Shown: positions 25,429-36,328 of the stretch, in pieces | How the letters are laid out: each line of letters opens with the position of its first letter | Numbering within the stretch: position 1 is the first letter of the stretch | Source of the DNA: Chara braunii | Taxonomy: Eukaryota > Plantae > Charophyceae | Assembly (NCBI GenBank): GCA_003427395.1 | Contig: BFEA01000028.1 | Coordinates: 456,291 to 515,648, forward strand | Length of the DNA stretch: 59,358 nt | Reading direction: 5' to 3' | Notes under the pieces: model-generated | Told to the model about the DNA's origin: nothing | Database searches by the model: none | What the model saw: only the letters and a program-made list of their open reading frames with translations | Translations under genes and position numbers: made by a program

Positions 25429-25496
25429 GCTGGGACCTTCCCTGGTCCTTGCACGGGCTGGCCACCGGGACCCGGGCGGCCCGGCTGGTAGCCTAG
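25213..25496. mobile_element. Second copy of the CTAGG MITE, 8-bp TSD
   Basis: TSD GTTTTTCT at 25205-25212 and 25497-25504. Homologous to 11931-12207. Confidence 0.9.
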
Positions 25497-25694
25497 GTTT
25501 TTCTCCTTTTTTTGTTCTCTTTTTTCCTCTTGTTTATTGTCATCCTCACAAATACGCTGTATTTCCAAACACAGCTTAAACAAGCATATTCCAGAGTCCT
25601 ATTCCAGATTTTGAATTATATTTTTTCCTTTTTTTCCAGTTTTTCGCATGCGCATTACATTTAATTTTGACAGTGTAGAACTTTCCTTGGGGAT

Positions 25695-25768
25695 ATACCT
25701 TAAAAACAGATCAAGTGCAGCGTATCTGTTCTGAATCTTCTGATCAGTTTAATATCTGATCTGTGGCC
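25695..25768 (+). pseudogene. U2: U2 snRNA 5' fragment, rearranged
   Basis: ATACCTT..AGATCAAGTG.AG..GTATCTGTTCT..ATCAGTTTAATATCTGAT.TGTGG matches plant U2 positions ~1-70. Stem I is missing. Confidence 0.85.
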
Positions 25769-25779
25769 CTGATTCTTCC

Positions 25780-27110
25780 AGTTCCAAGGGAATTTGATTA
25801 GTAATGGTTTCAACAGTCCTGTAAGGGAAGTTGAGATGTATTTTTGTTCCCTTGAGAGCCCTTTGCACCCTTGTTTGCGTCTAATACAATCACAGACCTC
25901 ATTCCTGCCCACAATGCAGCACCACATGTATGACCAAAGCAAGTCTGCAGAGGTCTTCCTCTATTTGAAATGTCCTTTTGCATTATGACACTCGTCGATC
26001 CCTAAGCTGTGTATCTCTTTGCTATATTCAAAATGCAGTCTATCGGTGCCGGCAGAGGTTAGGAACAGCAAGTTGCCAGCTATTCTATATTCGCGCACTT
26101 CTTGGCTCAAAGGCCTCTCTCTTATCTCTCACTCTAGTCACAATCTCACTATAAGAGTGTCATCATCTGCATTATAGACTTTTCATAATATGCTTTTGAA
26201 AATCTTATGCTGTCGGTTTTTACGGTGCAAAGGTATGTTACGATAGTTCCGGAGCCGTTTGTCCCTCCAGGCAGCGTATCTCCAGCGCCATGATTGTACT
26301 TCTATATACAAATTTCTGAAAAGCATTGACACCCTCCAGGCAGCGTATCTCCAGCGCCCGCCATGTTTGTACTTCTCTGTGACCGGCTTCAAATCTAAGT
26401 CGGACTTGTGGACCTCTCTGTGCCCATGTGGCCAACTTAAAGTTTGTGTGGACTTTCTGAAGTGCATCTTAAGCGTATTGTTCCGAAGCGTGATGTCTTT
26501 ACGCGCGGAGGATGTTACGATAGTCTACAAGTCTTGTGGTTTGAATGGACTTCAAAAATGTCGGTCTAGAAGTCGATGACGTCATGTTTGCAATGCTATG
26601 TATAATGCGTATAACTTTTTTTTTTTTTTTTTTTTTTAATGCGTATAACTTGGACTCATGCGCATAGGTCAAGCTAGGAACTGTCTTAGAGGGCGGGTCG
26701 CTATCCCTTCTTGCCATTTTGATGCAGCGCGAGTCCGCTGCGCGACCGTGACCCTTGTCGCAAATGACTTGCATTAGTTATGACGACAAATGGAAATGGT
26801 AAGGAAGGGTCTGCTATCTTTAGAACACAACGCGAAGGCGTTCGTTCTATTAGTGCCTGCTTCAACTTGAGAAAAAATGCCGAGGTACAGTCTTTGTCCC
26901 ATTTCGATACTGGTTTTATCGTCGCCAATATACGTAGTGGTGATTCGATCATAGTAAAATTACGGACGATCTCGAAAACTCAAGGAACAAACGCAAGTCT
27001 GTGAATTTGAAAGTCTTTGGAAGTGGCTAATCTCTGACGACTGCTGCTATTTTTGCATCCTACAGTTGTACTCCATCCCCGTCTATAACATGGCTTAGAT
27101 ACGACGTATC
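25780..27110 (-). mobile_element. Ty3/gypsy pol fragment (RT end, RNase H, integrase Zn domain)
   Basis: KIAAV.D.PLPKT, KWDKDCTSAF..LKQAL..VLKIADPSLPF.FVVITNAS, DECHNAKGHF..RKT..L.WSY.W and GLLKPL in pol order. Confidence 0.8.
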
Positions 27111-28916
27111 TTTGGGTTAGCTTTGGAACTTATTTTTCCTCTACTTTGATGATTTTTTCTGCAGACCGTCACAGTGATCTTCTTCTTCTTCTTTTCTTCT
27201 TCTTCTTCTTCTTCTTCTTCTTCGTCTTCTTCTTCTTCTTTAAACAAAACAGGACCTCATGGTCCGGGCTCCATATCCATTCTGGGGAGCGTCAGTCTGG
27301 TTCCTTTTCCACCGGGAAGTCGAGAGAATAAAATGATCTACGCACACACGCTTCCTTCCGTCTGGCGGAAGGACCCCTGACCGGCAGTGATTGCTTCAAC
27401 TTCGTGGAGGATTGACTGTCAGTGTACCTTAGCACTCAAAGTCCACTACGCTAGGGAGTACCCCAGCTGTCAAATCTACCTAAAGCTGTACCCTTTTTTT
27501 TTTTTTTTTTTTTTTTTTTAAGCTCTAGACTCTGTGAGCAGCCCAGCCCGTGTCCAAGTTCCATTGCTCATTTTTCGGTGGGCGCTCTTCGTGCACTCTC
27601 CGACAACATCCCCTTGTCCTTGTCTGTCCGTGTAGACCTTGCTGTTCTTTTTTTTAGTAGGAGTAAAAATGAATTCATAAAAGAATTGGATTTTTTTTAC
27701 AGAAAAAAGACTAAAAAAAACTTATTCTAAACATGAACTGTTTTTTTAGTTCTAAGTTCTCTCTCTTTGGGAAATATCCTATAGATTGGGTCCTTCGAGG
27801 TCCTACCTACCATCGAGTGCAATCTTGGTCCGTTGCTTGATCTCTCTTTCCACCACACCATTACCATATAGTAGGTCGCGTCTAAGTCTGCAAATTTCTT
27901 TCAATAGCAACTCGATCCAGGGCGATACGCGTTCACACACTCGAGATAGCCTGCTCTTGTTTCTCTTTCCTGGGCTCGACTTATGATACTAGGTAGACTG
28001 AATCGAAGATCTCTCTTTTCTATAGTACTCATTTGGAAAATCCAACTTAAGTACACTGATACAACAACAAACAAAAAAAGTTGAATAAACCAATAGGGAG
28101 GAGCGTTGCCTGGATGCGTGGAATAAACAGCCCCTTGTCTTGCTAGCGCCATTACGGGGCCGGCCAACAGTNNNNNNNNNNNNNNNNNNNNNNNNNNNNN
28201 NNNNNNNNNNNNNNNNNNNNNNNNNNNNNNNNNNNNNNNNNNNNNNNNNNNNNNNNNNNNNNNNNNNNNNNNNNNNNNNNNNNNNNNNNNNNNNNNNNNN
28301 NNNNNNNNNNNNNNNNNNNNNNNNNNNNNNNNNNNNNNNNNNNNNNNNNNNNNNNNNNNNNNNNNNNNNNNNNNNNNNNNNNNNNNNNNNNNNNNNNNNN
28401 NNNNNNNNNNNNNNNNNNNNNNNNNNNNNNNNNNNNNNNNNNNNNNNNNNNNNNNNNNNNNNNNNNNNNNNNNNNNNNNNNNNNNNNNNNNNNNNNNNNN
28501 NNNNNNNNNNNNNNNNNNNNNNNNNNNNNNNNNNNNNNNNNNNNNNNNNNNNNNNNNNNNNNNNNNNNNNNNNNNNNNNNNNNNNNNNNNNNNNNNNNNN
28601 NNNNNNNNNNNNNNNNNNNNNNNNNNNNNNNNNNNNNNNNNNNNNNNNNNNNNNNNNNNNNNNNNNNNNNNNNNNNNNNNNNNNNNNNNNNNNNNNNNNN
28701 NNNNNNNNNNNNNNNNNNNNNNNNNNNNNNNNNNNNNNNNNNNNNNNNNNNNNNNNNNNNNNNNNNNNNNNNNNNNNNNNNNNNNNNNNNNNNNNNNNNN
28801 NNNNNNNNNNNNNNNNNNNNNNNNNNNNNNNNNNNNNNNNNNNNNNNNNNNNNNNNNNNNNNNNNNNNNNNNNNNNNNNNNNNNNNNNNNNNNNNNNNNN
28901 NNNNNNNNNNNNNNNN

Positions 28917-28953
<37 letters not shown>

Positions 28954-29029
28954 AAATGAGTCTTAATGTCCTTGGCTCCTTTTTTCTTTTTTCTTTTTTT
29001 TTGTTCATGGCTTTTCTATGGCTTCGCTT

Positions 29030-30190
29030 GATTGGGTACGTACTCGCTACGACAACTAACAAGGGCCATACCTGCCTTCCAGTTGGCGTTCTAGTACATG
29101 AAAGGTGGCAGAAAACAAGAGGCTGGTGGATTACTAGCGAACAGATACAGAAAGCTATTTCTACCTGGGAGGGGGTGGGGCCGGTGGCAGGGTGGTGGGG
29201 GCAAGATGCCATCCCCTGTGCTTCCTAAGGATACAAGTAAGAGACCTACAAACAGCCACTCTCATGGCGGCTAGCCACTTAGCTAAATTGATTGATAGAT
29301 AGATTGAGGACTTGGGGCAAGGGTCCCAAGCCTCCCTCCCTAGTACATGGCGGCTCCCCGGTAGGTTGGTATTGAGCGAGTCGTTCTTTTCCATGATGTG
29401 GTACCTCAGGCTGGTTGTGTTTTGGACCGCTGAGGAGGGGAACTTTGTGAAGGAGCTAAAAAAGATGGCAAGAACATACCTTAGGACATCCAATCCCTAT
29501 AAAAACCTAGGCTGTTTCTCGATGCGGCCAGGAAAGGATTTTGTGATGGGACCCACACCCAGCCGCCTGGCCAAGCAGAACCCCCTGGCGGGGTCCAATG
29601 CGGCCCCAGCGCAGAAAACTCAAAAATTGCCTAGTTTTAACTTTTAACCAACCTGGAAAAACTACCCTGTGTGGATTTGCACGGCGAACAACTTTTGGAT
29701 GACAGTCACTGCAATCAACTTTTCCACGCAAAGAAGATAGAAGCCCACTGTGAAAGAACTGTGCGCGAATTGAACAAGAGGACAGAGAAAGTATACCACT
29801 GCTTTTTTGCTACGTAGCAGAATAACCCCCCNCCCCCCNCCCCCCCCTATGGGACAGGAACCCCGTGCTATGGAAAAGGCTGACAGACAAAGGCTTCCCG
29901 CGACCGCCCCCCCCCCCTGCTCTTATTCGGTTTAGAATATCCAAAGGAATGGCTGCCTTTCGAACTTCGAAGTGAATTTCTTTGAAATCCTGAGAAAAGC
30001 AGTGCTATGGGGCATCTGGCAGAAGCAATGCCAGGAAATGTGCACAATATTCAGGGAATCTGGACCCGCTTTCCAGCAGGTGATGCCCGCCAACAATAGA
30101 TGGGCCCTCTCCGACAGTGCTAGGGGTGTCTTCTCTCACCAGCACCCCTAACACCAATTCGGGTTGTTAAACAAAAAACAAAAAAAAAAA
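29030..30190 (+). mobile_element. L1/Tx1-type LINE ORF2 remnants with structured 3' UTR and poly(A)
   Basis: QIQKAISTW, PGRLVLSESFFSMMWY..VKELKKMARTYL, EILRKAVLWGIWQKQC, then hairpins (30054-30154) and an A-tail (30169-30190). May be more than one insertion. Confidence 0.7.
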
Positions 30191-30194
30191 GGGT

Positions 30195-30395
30195 GACAAT
30201 TCATTTTTGTTTATGCTACTCACTATTAGTTTAGTTTTGCTTTTATTTCATTTTGTCACCATGAATGGAGGTCATTTAGTACCCAATGCTTGGCAATCTT
30301 TTGTTGAAATGATTTATGAATTCGTTCTAAACTTAGTCAATGAACAAGTAAGTGGTGTACCAGCAGTTAAACAACGATTTTTTCCTTTCATCTTG
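30195..30395 (+). pseudogene. atp6: NUMT: mitochondrial atp6 fragment
   Basis: NSFLFMLLTISLVLLLFHFVTMNGGHLVPNAWQSFVEMIYEFVLNLVNEQVSG...KQRFFP. Confidence 0.92.
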
Positions 30396-30655
30396 TATTC
30401 TATTGAGTTTATCATTGATCTATAGAAAGAAATAGAGACTGATTTTCATACTTTCCATATCTTCTATCTACTTTTTTTCATAGTCTCTAAGGGATCCTCT
30501 TGCTAATATTTATCAAATCAACACAGGACTTCCCTTGGGATTGATCCATCCAAGTAATGTAAATGAATGTTTTCCCGATATAGCTGGATGCACACTCTAA
30601 TCTTACGATTAGAGGGGACACCTTTGGCCGTGTTTTGTTAGAGCCCGGCCAGATC

Positions 30656-30772
30656 TATCTAATCCTGTTTGCTCCCCATGCTTTCGCACCTCAGCGTCAG
30701 TAGAGACCCAGAAAGCTGCCTTCGCTTTTGGTGTTCCTCCTAATATCTATGAATTTTATCTCTACACTAGAA
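30656..30772 (-). pseudogene. rrn18: NUMT: organellar (probably mitochondrial) SSU rRNA fragment
   Basis: tatctaatcctgtttgctccccatgctttcgcacctcagcgtcag...gctgccttcgc..tggtgttcctcctaatatcta is the reverse complement of the conserved 16S-like central domain. Confidence 0.88.
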
Positions 30773-30777
30773 AGAAT

Positions 30778-30933
30778 TCTACAGCTAAATTCCAATTTGT
30801 TGAAACAATACGATGGCTTCCTTACTCAAATATCAATTTTTATATAGGTCTAGATGGGATTTCTTTATTCTTTGTGGTGTTGACTACGTTCTTAATACCT
30901 ATTTGCATGTTAGTAGGTTGGTCTAGTATTACA
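30778..30933 (+). pseudogene. nad4: NUMT: mitochondrial nad4 fragment
   Basis: STAKFQFVETIRWLPYSNINFYIGLDGISLFFVVLTTFLIPICMLVGWSSI. Confidence 0.9.
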
Positions 30934-31490
30934 AAGATGCTAAATTTCAACAACGCTGGATCTCTGAGATGAAATTATTGAATCCTAAATTTTCGGAACA
31001 GATTGACTTGATATTGCAATCAAAACAAAAACTCAGAGAATGATATAGTCCATTTTTGATTTAAATTCAAAATGACCCTGGTAGTCCATGCCGTAAACGA
31101 TGAGTGTTGGTCCTTGGTCTACGCCCGGTGGTTTTTGGGGGCGATTCGATGAGGGAATCACTTTCCGCATATCAACGAGTAAAGTGACGTGACCTGCTCG
31201 TTGAACGCGTACAATTCGACTTTTCCCATTGTATGTTCGTCGATATTCGAAGGCCACGAAGTGGGAGAGCCTGGAGGAGCTGATAAGAAACCCGAGAAAA
31301 GCCGGCCCGTGGGAGCCTTTAGCTCGTCGAGTTATGAGCGTCTTTGAAAAGAAGGGCCGAAGGCTAAGCCTTACCAACGAAGAGTAGACATAGAGAATTA
31401 CCATCAGATAATAATAGAATAGATCCATCCTAGACTTTCGCCCCCACAAGTACATTACATGTAATTCATGAATGTATGAAGGCCACGAAG

Positions 31491-31565
31491 TGGGAGAGGC
31501 AGGATTCGAACCTACGTAGAAATATAACCTTCAACAGATTTACAGTCTGTCGCTTTTAACCACTT
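31491..31565 (-). tRNA. trnY: Organellar-type tRNA-Tyr(GUA), 5'-truncated (NUMT pseudogene)
   Basis: agtggttaaaagcgacagactGTAaatctgttgaagg...acgtaggttcgaatcctgcctctccca. Long variable arm; acceptor 5' strand missing. Confidence 0.85.
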
Positions 31566-31669
31566 ACAGTCGCGGAATCTATTGAATTTAAATTAAATTA
31601 AAGACTTCCAAATAATAACCAAATCGCCCCCTAAGTATGGAAGGCCGAAGGCGCAAGAGCGCTCTTTTG

Positions 31670-31760
31670 TTTGATTGAGAGAATTCTCGCGTAAAGTCTC
31701 TGAGGATCCCAAACAGCTCGGCGGTCGCTGGCTAGGGCGAGCGGCCGTACTTTTTTGTGG
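31670..31760 (-). other. Probable group I intron core fragment (NUMT)
   Basis: Minus strand gggatcctcagagactttacgcg resembles the conserved P7 strand TCAGAGACTA. Confidence 0.5.
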
Positions 31761-32017
31761 NNNNNNNNNNNNNNNNNNNNNNNNNNNNNNNNNNNNNNNN
31801 NNNNNNNNNNNNNNNNNNNNGTTCCAGCACATAGCGAGATTACGAGGCTCATATTCGAACCTCAGGATGCTTTTTGGACTTTATCTTCATCTCTTGTGAT
31901 TGAGAAATGAGAGATGGACTTTCTTCTTTCTCCCCCAATGTCCATACAGGAGTCATGGACCCTAATTCAACAGCAGCAGATCATCGGGTTCCTTGGAGAA
32001 AGGTATTAAAAAAAAAG

Positions 32018-32150
32018 GAAGAAGAAACAGCAGAGAGGTAGAACAGAGGCTTTCAAATGAGGAAGACGAAACAGCAGAGAGGTAAAACAGAGGCTTTCAA
32101 ATGAGGAAGAAGAAACAGCAGAGCTGTAAAACAGAGGCTTTGGAGAAAGG
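32018..32150. repeat. ~45-bp tandem repeat x3
   Basis: gaagaagaaacagcagagaggta.aacagaggctttcaaatgag. Confidence 0.8.
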
Positions 32151-32547
32151 TAAAACAACAACTAAAAACCCCCGATGCACATACAGGAGGCATGGACCCT
32201 AATTCTTTGAAAGCTCGAAAGATTTTAATTTTTAAATTTAAATGAAGCATATGCGGAAAAAACAGCAACGTCTCTATGGAAGCTTGAAGACGGATATTCA
32301 AGATATTCAAGAAGATTTATAGGGAGGGACTGAGAAACAGCCAAGCAGGATTCAGTAATGTCCACAACATTTAAGCAACAACACATGCTCACATGCCATC
32401 AGCACAAATATTGGAAGGTCAAAAAGAAGGACATCCGACAACGAGAATTGTTATTGAGCGCTCATTAGGGAGAATTGTTATTGAGCAGCGCTCATCAGGG
32501 ACGAGGTAGCAACAGGCCATCATCTGCAGTGAGGTAGAGTCGTCCTG

Positions 32548-33083
32548 GATTTGAACCACCAGTACTTGGCCCAGCTATCGGCCATGGAAAAAAAATAGAG
32601 TAGAAACGTTTCTAGTCGGATGAATTTGGGCGCTCCTGTAGTGGCCCGTACATCTCCTAAAATTGTTGCTTGTTAACGAGCACAACTTTAGGAAGCACTA
32701 CTGGTGGTTTAAACCTCAACTACGTTTCCCGACCGTTTTCAAAGACGTGTCGTGCATGCTGCTGAGTCGGGCGGAATGTACTGGGGTGGTACCATTTCGC
32801 TGGAAATCCATGCAGGCAAAACGGGTCACATGTGAGGCCCATTTTGCCTGGACGGATTTCCAGTGAAACGGCACCCCGGCACATCCTGCCCGACGCGGCA
32901 GCATGCATAGGGTACCGTTTCGCTGGAAATCCACGCAGGCAAAACGGGTCACACGTGAGGCCCGTTTTGCCTCAACGGATTTCCAGTGAAACAGCACCCT
33001 GGTACATCCTGCACGACGCGGCAACATGCACGGCGTGTCTTAGAAAAATGGCCGGGAAATGTACTTACTGGTGGTTTAAAATC
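32548..33083. mobile_element. Non-autonomous TIR element with ~120-bp internal tandem repeats
   Basis: GGATTTGAACCACCAGTA (32548) is inverted relative to TACTGGTGGTTTAAA (32699 and ~33066). Duplicated ggtacc.tttcgctggaaatcca..ggcaaaacgggtcaca.gtgaggccc unit. Confidence 0.55.
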
Positions 33084-33395
33084 TATCACGCAGAAAGGTG
33101 CCTGTAGGCTTGTGGCCAAGGGCTGGACTTGACAGCCAAGCAGCTAACCGTTCCTCTGCTTGGCGGAACTGTCGAGACCCACCACAAGTGCCAACCCCGG
33201 CTGAAAGTGAATCGGGCAAGGTTTTCAATTTTAGTAGAAAAGCAGGGATTGGATGCTGGGTTGCTGAATCTCAGCGACGTCCTCTTGGGGAGGCCAGCCG
33301 AGGGAGGTGATAGCGGGCCCGGGAGGGGACGCCCCTTGGACCGACAACTGTTGAAAGAGCTTTCAACTGTAGCTAGAGGCAAAAAAAGGAAAAAA

Positions 33396-33921
33396 CTAGG
33401 CTGTACTCCGGGCCGCCTGGCCGGTCGTTCCGCCCGGTTGGCCACCGGGCGGGCCCAGCGCATCGTGGAGGTTTTTTTTTTTTTTTTTTTTTCGTCGCGG
33501 GGGGCCTTCTCCCCCCTAAAGGAGGCTGTGTATGCACAAGAAAGAAAAAAAAAAGGGCCGGTAGGGCCGATTTGAAACATTTCAAATTGGGGCCCATCTG
33601 CGCCGTCGATCTCCAAGATCGACGGCCCAGATGGGCCACGATTTGAAATGTTTCAAATCGGCCCTACCGGCCCTTTTTTTTTTCTCTGTGTTCCTGTTTT
33701 CCCGCCTTCTTCGGGCTTGGTGGTTGCCTGCGTACCCCCGCCGTCACCTCACTTCGTCCGTCCGAGTGCAGCCTTCGGGAAGTGTCGAACCGCTCGGCCG
33801 CTAACGGAGTCGACGCCCCCCGATAGCCATCGCCAGCGGAGTCTACGCCCGCCGAACTCCATCGCGATGGCCGCCGACGCGCCCCGACGCCCCCTGACGC
33901 GCACCACGGTGAGTGTGTTAG

Positions 33922-34006
<85 letters not shown>

Positions 34007-34007
34007 N

Positions 34008-34080
<73 letters not shown>

Positions 34081-34550
34081 TGTGTAATTTTTTGATTGTG
34101 GAGCAATGTGGACGTGGTTCCTCTCCAGGCCTGTTATTCTTTTTTTTCGGTCTTGTTATCCCCTTGTTCTTCTTCTTCTTCTTCTTCTTCTTCTTCGTCC
34201 TCCTCTTCTTGTTCTTCTTCCACAGACACACCTGCAAGGTCTGTCACAACCACCACTGACATCCCGCAGACCCCAACCCCAACCCCCAGGCGAGACCCCC
34301 CGCTGACATCCCGCCCCCAGCATCTCCCTATCCCACCCCCCCCCTACCCCCCACCCCCTCCCCAACCAACCCCCAAGTTCAATTTTTTATTGCGGATTCG
34401 GGGTCCTCTAGTGCAGCGCAGCACAGCCCCACCTTCAGAAAAAAAAATTATATATCCTTGCCCTGTTTTTGCGTCGCCTGGTTCACCCGGGCGGACCCCC
34501 CCGGGCCCAATCGGCCGGGGTCCGCCCGGCCGGGCGCCGGTGCAGCCTAG
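33396..34550. mobile_element. 1155-bp CTAGG-terminus non-autonomous element with 8-bp TSD
   Basis: CTAGGCTGTAC...GTGCAGCCTAG. TSD GGAAAAAA at 33388-33395 and 34551-34558. Internal long palindrome and microsatellites. Confidence 0.88.
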
Positions 34551-34950
34551 GGAAAAAAGGGTTTCACTTCACAAAGGTTCAAAACTACACTAAGTAGAAC
34601 ACTTCCTCAAGGGCAGGTTCTGTTCCGGGTACTAGCTCATAGGTGAGAAAGCTTTCTATAGAATCTGTACGCGGTAAGCGGGTCGTCCGTTGGAAAACCA
34701 GATAGAGGCGCCGGCCGCAATAACCGGGTCTCTTTACATGTCTGGGCACTTGCGTCAACAGGACATCCCAGCATGGCACGGCCTATATGGCTTTTCGAGG
34801 GTGGTCGGGTGTGGGGTCCAGCCCTTAGTGTACCAATCTCCCACATCACCATTCTTCGTGAGCCGGACTTGCCAAGCCAGACCCTGACTCGCACCTGGTC
34901 CAATGCTGACGTGCCAAACCCGACTCACGAACCCAAATCTAACCTGTGGA

Positions 34951-34987
<37 letters not shown>

Positions 34988-35453
34988 AACCTGAGTTGCC
35001 AGAACTAACCTGAGTTGCTAAACCCTAATTTAACCCTAAACCTGTCAACCCAATAACTTGCCAAACCTCCACTTGGGAAGCCAAGCCTGACTTCTCAAGC
35101 CAAACCTGAGTTGGAACCAGTGATCCACATCCGATGGTGGAGGTTCGCGGTGGCAGTTTTCCTTAGGCTGCTTCCAACAGGCCTCTGCCAGGCTGGTGGT
35201 ACCACCCAGACCAATCCACCGGCCCCTTCGAGTTGTGTACCTGCGCAAGTTGGGGGGGAAGCATGAGGAACAGCTGTGAGAAGTTGAGCAACAACCCCTT
35301 TATGCCCAACCACTCCTTTGCTGAAGACATGTTTGTAGTAATTTGTACTTTGTACCCACTTGTAAGTGTTGTGCTCACACATCATCAGTCTGAGAGTATA
35401 ATTACAACTGTGGTCAGTCCTGGGCCCACTTGATTTTTCTTTTCTACTGTATT

Positions 35454-35510
35454 ATTTCTCAATTTGTATGTGTCATCCTTGCACAGGGGCCATTCTAGTA
35501 TATTCAATTT
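35454..35510 (-). pseudogene. U6: U6 snRNA 3'-half fragment
   Basis: Minus strand tagaatggcccctgtgcaaggatgacacatacaaattgagaaat vs U6 TAGCATGGCCCCTGCGCAAGGATGACACGCACAAATCGAGAAAT. Confidence 0.85.
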
Positions 35511-36292
35511 GGGCGACGCTCACTACTCTCCACAAGCACAAATAGGGGAAGATTCATTCTCATTTTGCACATTTGGCGAGTACTAGTGGAGCTGGCCCTA
35601 CCGGTAGTGATTGCCAACTCATCTTTTTCCATATTATACTGAGTTATTAATATATTAATATGTTTCTTGTAACCCTGTCAGCTTTGCCAGAGGCTGCTTT
35701 GAACCCTACCGGTAGTGATTTATATTACAGCTCAGATCAACTGTCATCAATAGCCGTCCTTTTCTAAGGGCCTTCCCACCATAAGGGGGGGAGGAGCAAA
35801 AAAAAGATTACTAGTGCTAGTAGTACTTTCAAAAAGGTCCAGATCGTTCAGACTTTACAACTTTTCTTCCTTCTGGCAGTTCATGTGCAATAAAGATTTT
35901 TCACGATCCATTGGTTTGACGGAGTGGAAAGAAAGGTACAAGGGGCGTCTTTGCTTTGGATGCATTGTCTGATGAGTCGGATATCCAAGTGGATCCATCG
36001 CTACCTCCGAGCTTCTTTTTTCCCGACGTGGGCATCCCCTGTGCGCCAGGGAAAAGAAAAAAACAATGGAATGGGCGCGGAGGTACGCTTTCTTTTTCTT
36101 TTCCTTTTTTTTAAGCTGCTGCGGCTCTGCTGCAGGTCATTTTTCGCCCACAAATGTCGCTGGTATGCCAATGCGTCACAAACCTTTTTGCCTGTGAAAG
36201 GTACTGGTTGTTTAACATCGTAGGTATCTGATTCCACCAGGGTTTGATATCTTGATCTGTTTACTAAATGAGTACCATTCAGCCAGGTGAAT

Positions 36293-36293
36293 T

Positions 36294-36328
<35 letters not shown>

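Noticed and set aside
30195-31565. Functional mitochondrial genes or organelle contig
   Set aside because: All are short truncated fragments in mixed orientation embedded in nuclear repeats.
34985-35045. Interstitial telomere array
   Set aside because: Only a few degenerate CCCTAAA-like units.
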